Positions 20,215-30,418 of a DNA stretch of 62,850 nt are shown in pieces. The notes under the pieces were generated by a model. That model was not told where the DNA came from. It saw only the letters and a list, made by a program, of their open reading frames with translations, and searched no databases. The position numbers and the translations under genes were made by a program. How positions within the stretch are numbered: position 1 is the stretch's first letter; every line of letters begins with the position of its first letter. Source of the stretch: a virus (Duplodnaviria > Caudoviricetes); IMG/VR virus record IMGVR_UViG_3300018080_000184, positions 1 through 62,850 of that record. One strand, written 5' to 3'.

Positions 20215-23200
20215 ATGGCCACTTACGGATCGCTGCCTTACGGAATAATGACGTATGGAGTCGGAACGCTCCCGGTCTCGCCGTCGTTTGACCTTCTCGA
20301 TCTGTGCCACCCAACTGACGCAATGATGTTGACGCTGTTGTCCTACGCGGAGGTTACGCCGCAGCGCGCTGGGATTCCGTGGTCCTGGTTCAACGGCAGC
20401 AATGATTATTGCATGTTCAGTAATGACGAGGCCGATTCTGGCTTTCGTATCGACCGTGCAATTCCCAACGACACATTCACGATCCAGTTCAGCATTCTGC
20501 CGACGGACCTTCCCTACGATTTTTCTGACACCACGAAATCAAGATTTTTCGTGGCTGCCTTCAATCGTTTGGGAAAGATGATCGGTCTTCTCCTGTCGGA
20601 AATGGGCGGCATCGCGTTGGCTCAGCAGGGAGATGGAAGCTACTCGCCGCTTGTCGATTCCGCCGACGTTTTTGATGAGGGCCTCGACTACTACGTTTTT
20701 CGGATCACGGCCAGTCACACTACGGGTCGGGCGAATCTGTACGTCACGCGCAGGGAGGTCATCGCAGCTGGAGGTGAGCACGAGCTGCGGTACACGTTCA
20801 ACCTTCTCGATTGCCCTACGCATGAAACAGACAACCTGCGTGTGGAGGTTGTTGGCAGCGCCACCGACCCGGTAACAGTCTGTCTCGATTGCCTGCGGCT
20901 GAGCAGCAGCGAGCTCGTGCCGAACCGCCGGCCGGTTGCCGTCATCTCCTCCGACCAGGTGCAGTTGTCGGGTAGCTACGCCAGCTTCGATGGGCGGCCG
21001 AGCTACGATCCCGAAGCACAGCCTTTGGTGTACATGTGGTCAGTTACCGACGCGCCGCTCACGTCGACGAGCTGGCAGACGATTGAGGCCACGTCGCCAG
21101 CTGATGCAACTGGCTACACCAATGTGGTCGTGGGGAACCCAAACGACTTTGCCTACGTGGAGGTGGGTGACCTTGCGGTCACGGACGTGGGCCACTCGTT
21201 TGTGCTCTACGTGGCGGGTGACGGCAGCTACATCGTCACCATCAAGGACCTCTTTGCGGCGGGAATCACTGCCGAATACCGGTTCCTTTCGCAGAATGGC
21301 TGGGGCGGCGTCCGCAATCCATCGACCATCATTGAGGTGCTCGGCCGTCGCGCTACGCCACCGGCTCTTCCAAATGACGGGGACACGTATCTGGTCATTC
21401 CGGTAGCGGGCGGTTTGTGGACCGGCCAAGAGGGGGATCTGGCGACGTGGGACAGTGGTGGCGGTGTTTGGGTCTTCACTTCTCCGGCCGTCAACACCAT
21501 CATTTACGTGCTGGATGAGTACGAGACCTATCGGACGCAGGGTCTTGGCCTATGGTACCCAGATGAGCCTTCACCATGGGAGCTCGAGCACTACGAGGGG
21601 CGAATCAGCAGTGTGGGCGCCTTTCTTGGTGATGAGCTTGGGCTCTACACCATTGAGCTGCTCGTCAATGACGGGGAGATTACCAGCCTGCCAACCGAAG
21701 CTCTGCTCAACGTTCAGGAGACGAGCACGGCCTACGGCTACACGCCGGATCTGAGCTTCATTTGGAACTACCTGTCGGACTTTTGGGCAATCGTGGCCGG
21801 TACGGAAATGGTAGAGACCTTCTGGTCGTCCATTGCTCAGTTGTCCGCCAACGAGCTGCTGAAGTTGTGGCAGCACGATTATAGCAAGGCCGTCCCGGAC
21901 ATTCAGCGGACGTTCCAACGTCGTTGGTTGGACTACGATGTGTTCTATGGGGAGCCGAACTACGATGAGCTGCCCGCCACAGTCGAGAACACGTTGGATG
22001 CGGCGGGATACTCGGCTGCTCCCAACGTCACGGCACAGCGTGCGGATGGCAGCACTTTCGAGACGGAATACGCGTACGACCTTGGCGTCATCGTCTCTGG
22101 AGTAACGGACCAGCACTATCTGGTCATCGACGGAATCTGCCATAAAATTGTGCGAGTAGAGACAAATGCGGCCACGACGGTCTACACCAACACGGCCATC
22201 GCCGCTGGTGTCGGCCGGTCGAAGTATTGGATGATTCGACCGACCGTCACCTCGAGGGCGAGCAACTTTTCTGACCTTGCCGTTACAGCTGGCGACAGCG
22301 CCATCTTTGAGGTGCAGACGGCGGAGGGTGATACTTCAGAGCTGACTGCCTATGTGTGGGGCGCGCGGGGCGCAGTCCTGGCCTTCGACGACAGCCTCAT
22401 CAGTGGGTACCTCACCAGCTCTACGTATGTAGTTCTCTTTAAAGGCGTTGTCCGCCGCAGCGCCATGCTGGTCGATGATCTGGTCATGCGCATTCCTCGA
22501 TTGCAGGAGGTCATTGCACCGAGTCGTGTGGAGGGGGCGCCCGACCCGCTTCATGGAAACCTCGATTTTCTTGTAGAGACCGCGACGACTGTTCAGGGGC
22601 AGGAGCGGAACACGATTCAGTTCCTGAATTCCTGGTTCCCACGCGAGCTACGGGGATTGTCGGGGTACACGAATGCGGTAGACCGAGGGTACTTCTTTGA
22701 CAGCACCGCTGACTTTGTGACCACGTTTGGCGCCGATGCTGATCTTCGAGGATATGTTCTTGATGTTGGTGGCAACCGATACCGGCTGTTTCAGGTGATC
22801 GCTGCGGATCAGGTCGAGCTGTTCGATGAAGCTCTTGAGCTCAACCTGACGGGGCAGAGTTGGGAAATTCGGTCGCTGTCAGATGTTCCCGACACCCTTT
22901 GGGCCGAAGTGACGTTTCTTGATAATCGTCCCACTATCGAGGCCAATTTTGGTCGTCTGGTCGGGTTTACCCTCGACGCACTTGAGGAACGGACCGACAA
23001 TCTGGATTACCTCTCAGCGGTCCGGGGTCTCTGGTACTTCGCTTGGCATGGCCGGACACCGTACAACATTCGTGTCGCGTGTCAGATCGTGTTGGGGCTG
23101 CCATTTGCTGAAGTAGCGGGAACAATTACTGATATTCGTGATCCGTTTGATGCCACGCGATCCAGAATACTCGTGCAAGACGCGAACATCACGACGACAA

Positions 23201-24444
23201 CTCGCTCCTACTTTTTTCCAACCTCACTTGGAGTTGCCATCAATCCCGCAACTGACGCTCCGTACACCATTGGAGATGGCGTGGAACAGTTTGCTCCGCT
23301 GTCTCGAGGAGTTGACGTCGTTGACTACATCAGCGATCCGGACTGGTGGGCGGTCTACGCCGGCTCAGGAGATTTTTGGGAGCCGCAGAAAGTCAGCACA
23401 TTTGGCGTGCTCATTGACGCCGATGCTTTTGATCTGGTGAACCTCATTTTTTTGGTGGACTACATTAAAAAGTACAAGCCACCCTACCTCTTTCCGTTCT
23501 TCTCTGTGGTGAAGACCCTTGATGACACAGTCGACATCGACGATGCGCTGGTGTTGGGCCCGGCTGTGCCTGCCGTCGGCTACGCGTACCCATCAGCCTG
23601 GCCGGCCTACGACATTCCGCCCGGTTGGGCTGACTCGCCTCACGAGGTTGCTCGCAGTGGGACACCGACGATACCGCCTGACCACGACACGCGGTGGGGT
23701 GGGCTGCATCTCTACGATGTGCCCGGCAAGCTTCCAGACGGTTGGTCCGGCGCATGGCCGTCTGGAGCTCCGGGCACCCATGCGCCAACCAGGTCAGAGG
23801 GCAGTTTCCGGGTTGACGACACCGATGAGAGCGGCCACTGCATACACAAAGTCGACGCGCAGTTGGACGCCGTGAACGTGCTGCTCGATGCCGACTGTGA
23901 GGATGGCATCAACCCGGGTGGTCCCGGTAGTCCGTGGGGACTCGTCACTCCTGGTGGTCTGCCGCTGACTGCTGTCAAGAGCGCGCTGCAATTTGTCAGC
24001 CCAACAAACAGCATCCACATCATCTCGGCGGGCGCCGGATATGGTGTCTACCAGGACTACCCGGCGCTTGTGGCCGAAGGCTGGCAGGTAGCGGTTCGTG
24101 GAAAGGTCTACGTGCTCAACGGCGCGGCGCACTTTCGCATCATTGACCAAGACGGCGCGACAGTGTTGGCCGAGCTCAAGAAGTCGTATCCAGCAGGGGC
24201 TTGGCTGGATTTCACCATTCACGCCTGGGAGGTCAGTGGCACGGCAGCGCCATTGCAATTCCAAATCCTTACCGGCCCAGGTGGCGGTAATTTTTTTGTC
24301 GATGATTTGGAAGCCTATTCTGTGTTGATGCCGTGGGATCAATGGGGCGTCGACCGTGTGTATTATGGGCGCACCGGAGGCTATACTGTCGGGGGACTCC
24401 CGGACGAATATTGGAATTTCTGGCTACACGCATCGTTGCCGTAG
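20215..24444 (+). CDS. large baseplate/tail structural protein with PKD-like and carbohydrate-binding-like domains
   Basis: FDGRPSYDPEAQPLVYMW PKD-like motif; DFSW-type wedge segment DLSFIWNYLSDFW; 1409 aa. Confidence 0.65.
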   Translation: MATYGSLPYGIMTYGVGTLPVSPSFDLLDLCHPTDAMMLTLLSYAEVTPQRAGIPWSWFNGSNDYCMFSNDEADSGFRIDRAIPNDTFTIQFSILPTDLPYDFSDTTKSRFFVAAFNRLGKMIGLLLSEMGGIALAQQGDGSYSPLVDSADVFDEGLDYYVFRITASHTTGRANLYVTRREVIAAGGEHELRYTFNLLDCPTHETDNLRVEVVGSATDPVTVCLDCLRLSSSELVPNRRPVAVISSDQVQLSGSYASFDGRPSYDPEAQPLVYMWSVTDAPLTSTSWQTIEATSPADATGYTNVVVGNPNDFAYVEVGDLAVTDVGHSFVLYVAGDGSYIVTIKDLFAAGITAEYRFLSQNGWGGVRNPSTIIEVLGRRATPPALPNDGDTYLVIPVAGGLWTGQEGDLATWDSGGGVWVFTSPAVNTIIYVLDEYETYRTQGLGLWYPDEPSPWELEHYEGRISSVGAFLGDELGLYTIELLVNDGEITSLPTEALLNVQETSTAYGYTPDLSFIWNYLSDFWAIVAGTEMVETFWSSIAQLSANELLKLWQHDYSKAVPDIQRTFQRRWLDYDVFYGEPNYDELPATVENTLDAAGYSAAPNVTAQRADGSTFETEYAYDLGVIVSGVTDQHYLVIDGICHKIVRVETNAATTVYTNTAIAAGVGRSKYWMIRPTVTSRASNFSDLAVTAGDSAIFEVQTAEGDTSELTAYVWGARGAVLAFDDSLISGYLTSSTYVVLFKGVVRRSAMLVDDLVMRIPRLQEVIAPSRVEGAPDPLHGNLDFLVETATTVQGQERNTIQFLNSWFPRELRGLSGYTNAVDRGYFFDSTADFVTTFGADADLRGYVLDVGGNRYRLFQVIAADQVELFDEALELNLTGQSWEIRSLSDVPDTLWAEVTFLDNRPTIEANFGRLVGFTLDALEERTDNLDYLSAVRGLWYFAWHGRTPYNIRVACQIVLGLPFAEVAGTITDIRDPFDATRSRILVQDANITTTTRSYFFPTSLGVAINPATDAPYTIGDGVEQFAPLSRGVDVVDYISDPDWWAVYAGSGDFWEPQKVSTFGVLIDADAFDLVNLIFLVDYIKKYKPPYLFPFFSVVKTLDDTVDIDDALVLGPAVPAVGYAYPSAWPAYDIPPGWADSPHEVARSGTPTIPPDHDTRWGGLHLYDVPGKLPDGWSGAWPSGAPGTHAPTRSEGSFRVDDTDESGHCIHKVDAQLDAVNVLLDADCEDGINPGGPGSPWGLVTPGGLPLTAVKSALQFVSPTNSIHIISAGAGYGVYQDYPALVAEGWQVAVRGKVYVLNGAAHFRIIDQDGATVLAELKKSYPAGAWLDFTIHAWEVSGTAAPLQFQILTGPGGGNFFVDDLEAYSVLMPWDQWGVDRVYYGRTGGYTVGGLPDEYWNFWLHASLP

Positions 24445-24452
24445 GAGCGTTG

Positions 24453-24767
24453 ATGCCGTTCATACCAAAAGTCGATGACCACGCGTATCTTTTTCCAGTC
24501 GACGCATCGAGTGTCGAGGATGACACCATCATCCTTTCGGGACCCGCGACTGGAACTCCACCGGCGTCGTGGTCCAACCCCACGACAAACGATGCGTGGC
24601 ATCCAGCCATCGCTGACTTAGGGACGCCAGTGAACGAGTGGAAGAACGGCACGGGCCACACTGGTTATGGAACGGGCGCCGCACCAAATGGCAGTTGGAA
24701 AGTCGACATTCCGCTCCCGGATGGGTGGTACACGCGTGTTACGCGAAGGGATAAGCTCAAGCCATGA
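24453..24767 (+). CDS. hypothetical structural protein
   Basis: AGGAG RBS before ATG 24453; ATGA coupling to the next gene. Confidence 0.6.
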   Translation: MPFIPKVDDHAYLFPVDASSVEDDTIILSGPATGTPPASWSNPTTNDAWHPAIADLGTPVNEWKNGTGHTGYGTGAAPNGSWKVDIPLPDGWYTRVTRRDKLKP

Positions 24768-25537
24768 AAAAACCTCCTGGACCCAAGACAGTCGGTTTTC
24801 GCGATGACATTCGTGTCAGTGAGAGTCTCGGCCTCACGCTTCGAGATCCTGGCGGGAATATTGTCGGTGCTCGAGGGAAGGGAGGAGGGGGAGGGGGTGC
24901 ACCTCCGGTAAAAATCTTCTCCAACGTCCGTTTGCGGCTGAAGGATGAGAAGGGGCGCGTTGTCGAAGAACGGGAGAGCCACAACATCTTCTTGGATTAT
25001 GGCCGCGACTGGCTGGCGCAACTATGCTCCTTGGACGCCGGCTACCTTCCCTTTCGTAGTGATCGCGTCCGTTACATGGCTTTTGGAATTGGTGGCACAA
25101 GTCAGCTGGTACCCTCCAACACCATTCGGGTCACATACCCAGGCTACCCGGATCAGTGGGTTGCGGGCTCGGGAGGTGCGGGTGATCCCGTCCAAACCGA
25201 TACGGACCCAACCATCACGGCGCTTGAGTGGCCAGTTGAGGTGACGTCGGGAATCTACTACGACGACGTTTCGGCCCCAGCCACATTTCCGGGAACGGGC
25301 ATTGTCCGTTTTACTGGGGTGCTTGGCATCAATGAAGTCAGCTTCGGCACGTACACGAGCGTGCCGCTGTCTGAGATCGGGCTTTTCACCGAAGGTGTTC
25401 CAGATCTGGCGCAGCCACCTATCGTGGCGGGAACATTGCCCGCCGAAAAGTTCATGGTGGCGTACAACACATTCGATACCCTCTCCAAAACGACCGCGTT
25501 TGTGCTGCAAGCTGATTGGGAGCTGCGCTACGCGTAA
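24764..25537 (+). CDS. tail-collar/baseplate fibre-attachment-like protein
   Basis: ESHNIFLDYGRDWLA, YMAFGIGG, LSEIGLF and C-terminal WELRY pattern. Confidence 0.65.
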   Translation: MKKPPGPKTVGFRDDIRVSESLGLTLRDPGGNIVGARGKGGGGGGAPPVKIFSNVRLRLKDEKGRVVEERESHNIFLDYGRDWLAQLCSLDAGYLPFRSDRVRYMAFGIGGTSQLVPSNTIRVTYPGYPDQWVAGSGGAGDPVQTDTDPTITALEWPVEVTSGIYYDDVSAPATFPGTGIVRFTGVLGINEVSFGTYTSVPLSEIGLFTEGVPDLAQPPIVAGTLPAEKFMVAYNTFDTLSKTTAFVLQADWELRYA

Positions 25538-25548
25538 GGAGTGATCTG

Positions 25549-28185
25549 ATGGCTCTTCCACATCCTTTGTACATCACGGGACTAGGCTTCGACTCTGGGG
25601 AGCTTTTCTACGGCTGCACCACCCCGCTGGACGTGGACGGGCCTCCTGGATCCGGCTCACGCGGGGTTGCTCCCGGTGAAGACTCGTTGTCGACGACATT
25701 CAACCGTATTTCCTATGCTTTGGCAAAGAATGTCGAGTACCTTTACGACATCTTTGAGGCCGAGCTTGCCTACACCGAAGTTGGCGCGCTCACCACGTTT
25801 ACCGGAAATTCGATCGATGTCGATATGACGGGTGGGTGGGGTGGCGACGTCAACTACACCGGCTTTCTGTATCTGGGCGAGGCAGGATGGACCACGCAAG
25901 AGTTCATCGACACGCTCTTCCAGATCCTTGACGAGAACTACAACGAGGTCATGGTCGGGGATGTCGAAGCACGAGTCACGAGTATCACTGGCGCGGCTCT
26001 CGGGACCGGGTTTTTCAACTCAAACCTCGTGACGCTCAATCTCAACGTCACGTTGCCGAGCGGAAACTACCGTCTGGTGTACCCGCGTGGCGCATCCTTT
26101 GAGGACCTGCCGGCGTACAGCCTCATTCGCGCTGATATCCGCGGCCTTCAGGAAGATGCAGCCGAGACGGTTCGGCGAAGCGTTCATGTCATCGGCCCCG
26201 CCAATGATCCGGAAGGCGTGGACTACGCCGGCCCGACAGCTATTCAGGATGCGCTGGCGGCGTTGGGAGATGGGTGCGTTCTTTTCGTGAAGGCGGGGAC
26301 GTACACGCTCTACCAGGCCGGGACCCCCAACCCGCTCACCATTTCACAGCGCGATGTGACCATCATTGGGGAAGGGGAGGGGCAAGTCACGCTTCAGGTC
26401 GCGGACGGGCACCTGCTGACGGTGACGGGCCAACGGCTGACGCTCATGGGAGTTACAGTGGCTGGTGGCACGAACACTGCCATGTTCACGACCACAGGCA
26501 GTATTCGGATCGAGGATTGCACCTTCGATGCGCTATGCTTTGCCTGCGTACCGGGGAATCTTTCCTCCATTCGTAATGTGCAGGTGACAAATACACTCCC
26601 GTTCATTTCCAGCTTGACGTTCTCGAATAGCCAAAATGTCTCCGTGGAAAATGTGACGATAGCAGCGCCGACAGGATCGGGCAGCCCATTTATCCACGCC
26701 GTATCGCTTGTGCAATGCAGCTCATGTTCTTTGACCAACGTACGTTTTGCAAACGCCGCGTTTGGGTATCACGGCTTACAGATCAACAGTGCGTCAGAGT
26801 GCACGTTTGATAGTTGCGTATTTGATACGATCGATTTATCTGCGCTTGAATACAGCGCCATTGCTCAGAACAGACGCAATACCCTTCGATCATGTGTTTT
26901 TAGGAGCAATGTGCAGGTTGTTGAGGCGGGTGGCGGCGGCGTGCTTCAGAAAGTGCAGTATTCGTTCCATGACTGCCTGTTTGAGAATACGGCCATTGCC
27001 GAGTACCAGGTACCGTTTGTCGCGTTCAGCGCCGGAGAAACGGGCGGTGAGGAATATGGAATTGTTTTGGACAATTGCATTTTCCGCGACGCGTGGTGTC
27101 GGGGGCGGGACGGGGGCGGAACGAATCATCCGGTGATAGAGCTCGTTGGTGTGCACGCGCGTAACATGACGGTGGACCGTACGGGTGCCTCGAAGATGTA
27201 CCAGTACGGCGCGCACGTCGAGATGACCCGCTCTCGCGTCGATGGCTTGTACGTGAAGCTGGACTGTACGGTGATCGACCCGGGTCTCCCGGGCGCTCCA
27301 AATGCTGGGCCAGCCATGCTCGATGTGCTTGATAACAGTGTGCTGCGCAATGTGCACATCTCTGGTGTCGAAGGCTATTGGATCTTCTCAGCCTTTCATC
27401 TTCAAGGGTCGCGAGTTGACTTCGGATTGGATGTACCGCATTACGCGATGGTCGAGGGAGTAACAATCCTTCCGGCAAATCCGGGGACAAGCACTTGGGG
27501 GTGCTACCGACCCCAACCGGGAGGGGTCCTAGCGCATCTAGAAGAGGTATCCATCTTTCGGCGTGCTTTTATCGGAGATACGTGCCGATTTCAGGAAGAC
27601 TCCGCAAATGGAGCGTCTTCTCTAATCGAGATCGGTGGTGATGACGTTGAAGTGTCTGATTGCAATTTTGTTATTCCGGATGGTTGGTTCGACTACTTGA
27701 TTTATGGCGGATCGGTTCAGCGTGCACGGATCGAGAGAAACTCAATCACGTTGGTGAAAGGGCACTTTGCCGTAGATTTATTGAATACGTGCCACCAACC
27801 AATCTGGCTAAACGGTGGCGGGAACCATCACATCCACGCCAATTATATTCGCTGGTTTGGCGAATTTCCTGAAGAAAACTCGGCAGCTCCTCCTGTCGTC
27901 ACATGGGCACTTATTGGCTTAGCGGCGACGGTTCGAGACACAGTCATTTCTGGAAATGTATTGGAATCGACGACAACGGATAATGGAGGACCGCCAAACA
28001 ACCGTGCCTGGCTCATGAAAATCTATGGTGTCGACAGCGCGGGTGGGGCGCCGAGCCAAAACAACAACACTTACGGAAACACGTTGACGGTACAGCTCAG
28101 CCCGAACTCCATTCCTGGCTCGGCCTACTATGCCGGAACGACGCCGCCCGGAGATGTTATCAACAACGGGTCGTATTGGGCGTGA
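25549..28185 (+). CDS. tailspike-like right-handed beta-helix protein
   Basis: AIQDALAALGDGCVLFVKAGTY...VTIIGEG start and many xNxxF / DCxF ladders. Confidence 0.75.
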   Translation: MALPHPLYITGLGFDSGELFYGCTTPLDVDGPPGSGSRGVAPGEDSLSTTFNRISYALAKNVEYLYDIFEAELAYTEVGALTTFTGNSIDVDMTGGWGGDVNYTGFLYLGEAGWTTQEFIDTLFQILDENYNEVMVGDVEARVTSITGAALGTGFFNSNLVTLNLNVTLPSGNYRLVYPRGASFEDLPAYSLIRADIRGLQEDAAETVRRSVHVIGPANDPEGVDYAGPTAIQDALAALGDGCVLFVKAGTYTLYQAGTPNPLTISQRDVTIIGEGEGQVTLQVADGHLLTVTGQRLTLMGVTVAGGTNTAMFTTTGSIRIEDCTFDALCFACVPGNLSSIRNVQVTNTLPFISSLTFSNSQNVSVENVTIAAPTGSGSPFIHAVSLVQCSSCSLTNVRFANAAFGYHGLQINSASECTFDSCVFDTIDLSALEYSAIAQNRRNTLRSCVFRSNVQVVEAGGGGVLQKVQYSFHDCLFENTAIAEYQVPFVAFSAGETGGEEYGIVLDNCIFRDAWCRGRDGGGTNHPVIELVGVHARNMTVDRTGASKMYQYGAHVEMTRSRVDGLYVKLDCTVIDPGLPGAPNAGPAMLDVLDNSVLRNVHISGVEGYWIFSAFHLQGSRVDFGLDVPHYAMVEGVTILPANPGTSTWGCYRPQPGGVLAHLEEVSIFRRAFIGDTCRFQEDSANGASSLIEIGGDDVEVSDCNFVIPDGWFDYLIYGGSVQRARIERNSITLVKGHFAVDLLNTCHQPIWLNGGGNHHIHANYIRWFGEFPEENSAAPPVVTWALIGLAATVRDTVISGNVLESTTTDNGGPPNNRAWLMKIYGVDSAGGAPSQNNNTYGNTLTVQLSPNSIPGSAYYAGTTPPGDVINNGSYWA

Positions 28186-28203
28186 GTCTTCTATAATGGA
28201 GAT

Positions 28204-28596
28204 ATGAATGACATAACCACGATCTTTATTTCCTTCCCAACCATTCTTGCCGCCTGCATCACATTTTCTGTATTTTATTATCTCAACATGCGAGTCGGCC
28301 CCGTGTTGTGGGAAACGAAAAATCGTTTCATACGCCGTGTTTTGAAAGTGTTGGAGGCAACAAAGCTGGTGTACCCACCACTTTTCGCTGCTTCGCTCGC
28401 TTGCATACCTGTCATGCCGCGCCCAGCGCTGGTGGAGGGCAGCTTGTTCGTCAGCGCGTTTGTCTTTTTCGTTGCGGGAATTTTCTGCACATGGATTGTG
28501 AAGGGTGTGCGGAAGGCGCTCGAAGCGCGCGGAATCAATATTGACATTGATGATCCACCCAAGACGCAGATTCGCAGGAACCGTGCCGGCTTCTAG
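28204..28596 (+). CDS. small three-TM membrane protein (holin-like)
   Basis: Three hydrophobic segments, charged C-terminal tail. Confidence 0.55.
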   Translation: MNDITTIFISFPTILAACITFSVFYYLNMRVGPVLWETKNRFIRRVLKVLEATKLVYPPLFAASLACIPVMPRPALVEGSLFVSAFVFFVAGIFCTWIVKGVRKALEARGINIDIDDPPKTQIRRNRAGF

Positions 28597-28651
28597 CTCA
28601 CGCCTTGTCGGGATACAATCTCCCAATAGATAGCAATTATTGGGGAATGTC

Positions 28652-30409
28652 ATGACAAGTCGGTCTTTCGGGTCACAACGTCCTAAGCGCCCACACCTCA
28701 TTCGGCCCAGCGGCGGCCTCGCCGAAGAGATTTTTGACCTGCGTGAGGACATTGATGATGCCTTCGAGTCGCTGGAAGATGATGTCTCGTCCGGCGGGCA
28801 GGGGTTCATCTACATCACCGAAGTTACGACGCCCACTCCGGGCGGGCAGGTCACCGGAAGGGTGTACGCGGATCCTCCAAACAACACCTCATTGATTTCC
28901 TGCACGACGTCATCGGTCGATGTCGACGTGGCCGTGCGGGGCTCGTATCCTACCGGGAAGGTGACGACGTCGTTGGGGGAGTACACGGCGACGTTGACCC
29001 AAACAGCGGCAGGCATTTACGAGGGCACCGTCTCGGCGAGTATTCCCCCAACGACCACCACCGAGGAGATTACGGCAGCGACTGTCACGCCGAACGGCGC
29101 TGAGGCAGCGGCGCAGACATTGGAGCTGACGCTCGATCTTCCGCCCGAGCTGACAGCGTTGGCCTTCTCCGGCGGCTACCCAACGCTCGACCCCACGTGG
29201 CCGCCCGGAGCCATTCCCCAAACAGCGCTGAAGCAGGGCGACCAGTTCGATGTGACGTTCACAACCGACAAGGAGTGTGTGGCTGTCCGCATCTTGGACC
29301 AGGATGCGGGCGAGCTCGCGGTCATCGTCTTTCCAGCCACGACCAGTGGCACGGTCCAGGTGACGATTGCCGACCGTGGGGATACACCGCAAGCGCTGCC
29401 GGCGTGGGTACAGGCGCGCAATGCAGCCGATGCCTACGGTCCGGTGCGAGCCACGAATCACGGAGGGGGCTCTACGGATGGCGTGCACGTGGTGACGTTG
29501 AACGACAAGCAGGCGACCGGCTCCGTGAGCTCCATCGACTATCCGCCGACACAAGGCGGGCTCAAGGATACGGAGTCGGCCACCGTGAATCTGGTGGCGG
29601 CCGACTACGACTCTCTTGTCCACGACAGCCCCGTCGGCGACCTGGACATTGCCAATCCCACGACCTTCGAGGCTGCCAAGACGGTCACGCGCCTGGGCGG
29701 TACCGCGGGCGTTCGCTACACGGGCACCAACTTCCGAATGCGGCTTCGCCGCCATGACAATGGTGCGGAGACGGTCGTCACGGACCTGGTCTACATTGCC
29801 CACGACTCCATCACCCCGCCGTCCATCTCGATGGACGCCAAGCTTGATTCAGGCGGTAATGACGGAACGGCCGCGCAGGATCACGAAGTCCGTATCATCC
29901 TTGACCAACCAGCGCTCAGCGCACCGAGCCTGACCGAAGCTGCCAACGGCGGGACCTGGACGGGCTCATGGTCGGGAGAGTCGTTGGATACGGAGTGGGT
30001 GCGGGATCTGCGAGTGCATGACAACGATCTCCACCAAGTTCACAATTGGGGTGCCTTTTCCGTCACCAATCTTGCCGGTCGTGTGACGGCGGCATTGGAT
30101 GGGGGCTCGACCCAATACGAGATCGCTGGCTTTGTCGACCGTGCCGTGACGTGGCCTGCTTTTGCGCAGACGGTGAATATCAACGTGCCCGTCACGTACT
30201 ACGCCAACCTCGAGGTCGGCATCCTATCACTCAACAACCACCAAGCCTTGGTCAATCCGGTGCAAGGTGATCACAGCGACATCGTCGATACCGTCACGGT
30301 CGATACCATTGGTACCAATCCAACGGCGGTCTGGCTCAACGACGTGACTTTGGCAAGCCAGAACACACTTGGAACGCTGACGCTTTCGTACATTCGCGAA
30401 GTCCCATAG
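28652..30409 (+). CDS. Thr-rich multi-Ig-like virion decoration/fibre protein
   Basis: Beta-rich composition; N-terminal module shared with 52852..53601. Confidence 0.6.
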   Translation: MTSRSFGSQRPKRPHLIRPSGGLAEEIFDLREDIDDAFESLEDDVSSGGQGFIYITEVTTPTPGGQVTGRVYADPPNNTSLISCTTSSVDVDVAVRGSYPTGKVTTSLGEYTATLTQTAAGIYEGTVSASIPPTTTTEEITAATVTPNGAEAAAQTLELTLDLPPELTALAFSGGYPTLDPTWPPGAIPQTALKQGDQFDVTFTTDKECVAVRILDQDAGELAVIVFPATTSGTVQVTIADRGDTPQALPAWVQARNAADAYGPVRATNHGGGSTDGVHVVTLNDKQATGSVSSIDYPPTQGGLKDTESATVNLVAADYDSLVHDSPVGDLDIANPTTFEAAKTVTRLGGTAGVRYTGTNFRMRLRRHDNGAETVVTDLVYIAHDSITPPSISMDAKLDSGGNDGTAAQDHEVRIILDQPALSAPSLTEAANGGTWTGSWSGESLDTEWVRDLRVHDNDLHQVHNWGAFSVTNLAGRVTAALDGGSTQYEIAGFVDRAVTWPAFAQTVNINVPVTYYANLEVGILSLNNHQALVNPVQGDHSDIVDTVTVDTIGTNPTAVWLNDVTLASQNTLGTLTLSYIREVP

Positions 30410-30418
30410 GAGACGCTG

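Noticed and set aside
24873-24900. G-rich tract, possible G-quadruplex
   Set aside because: Encodes a poly-Gly linker; no independent evidence of function
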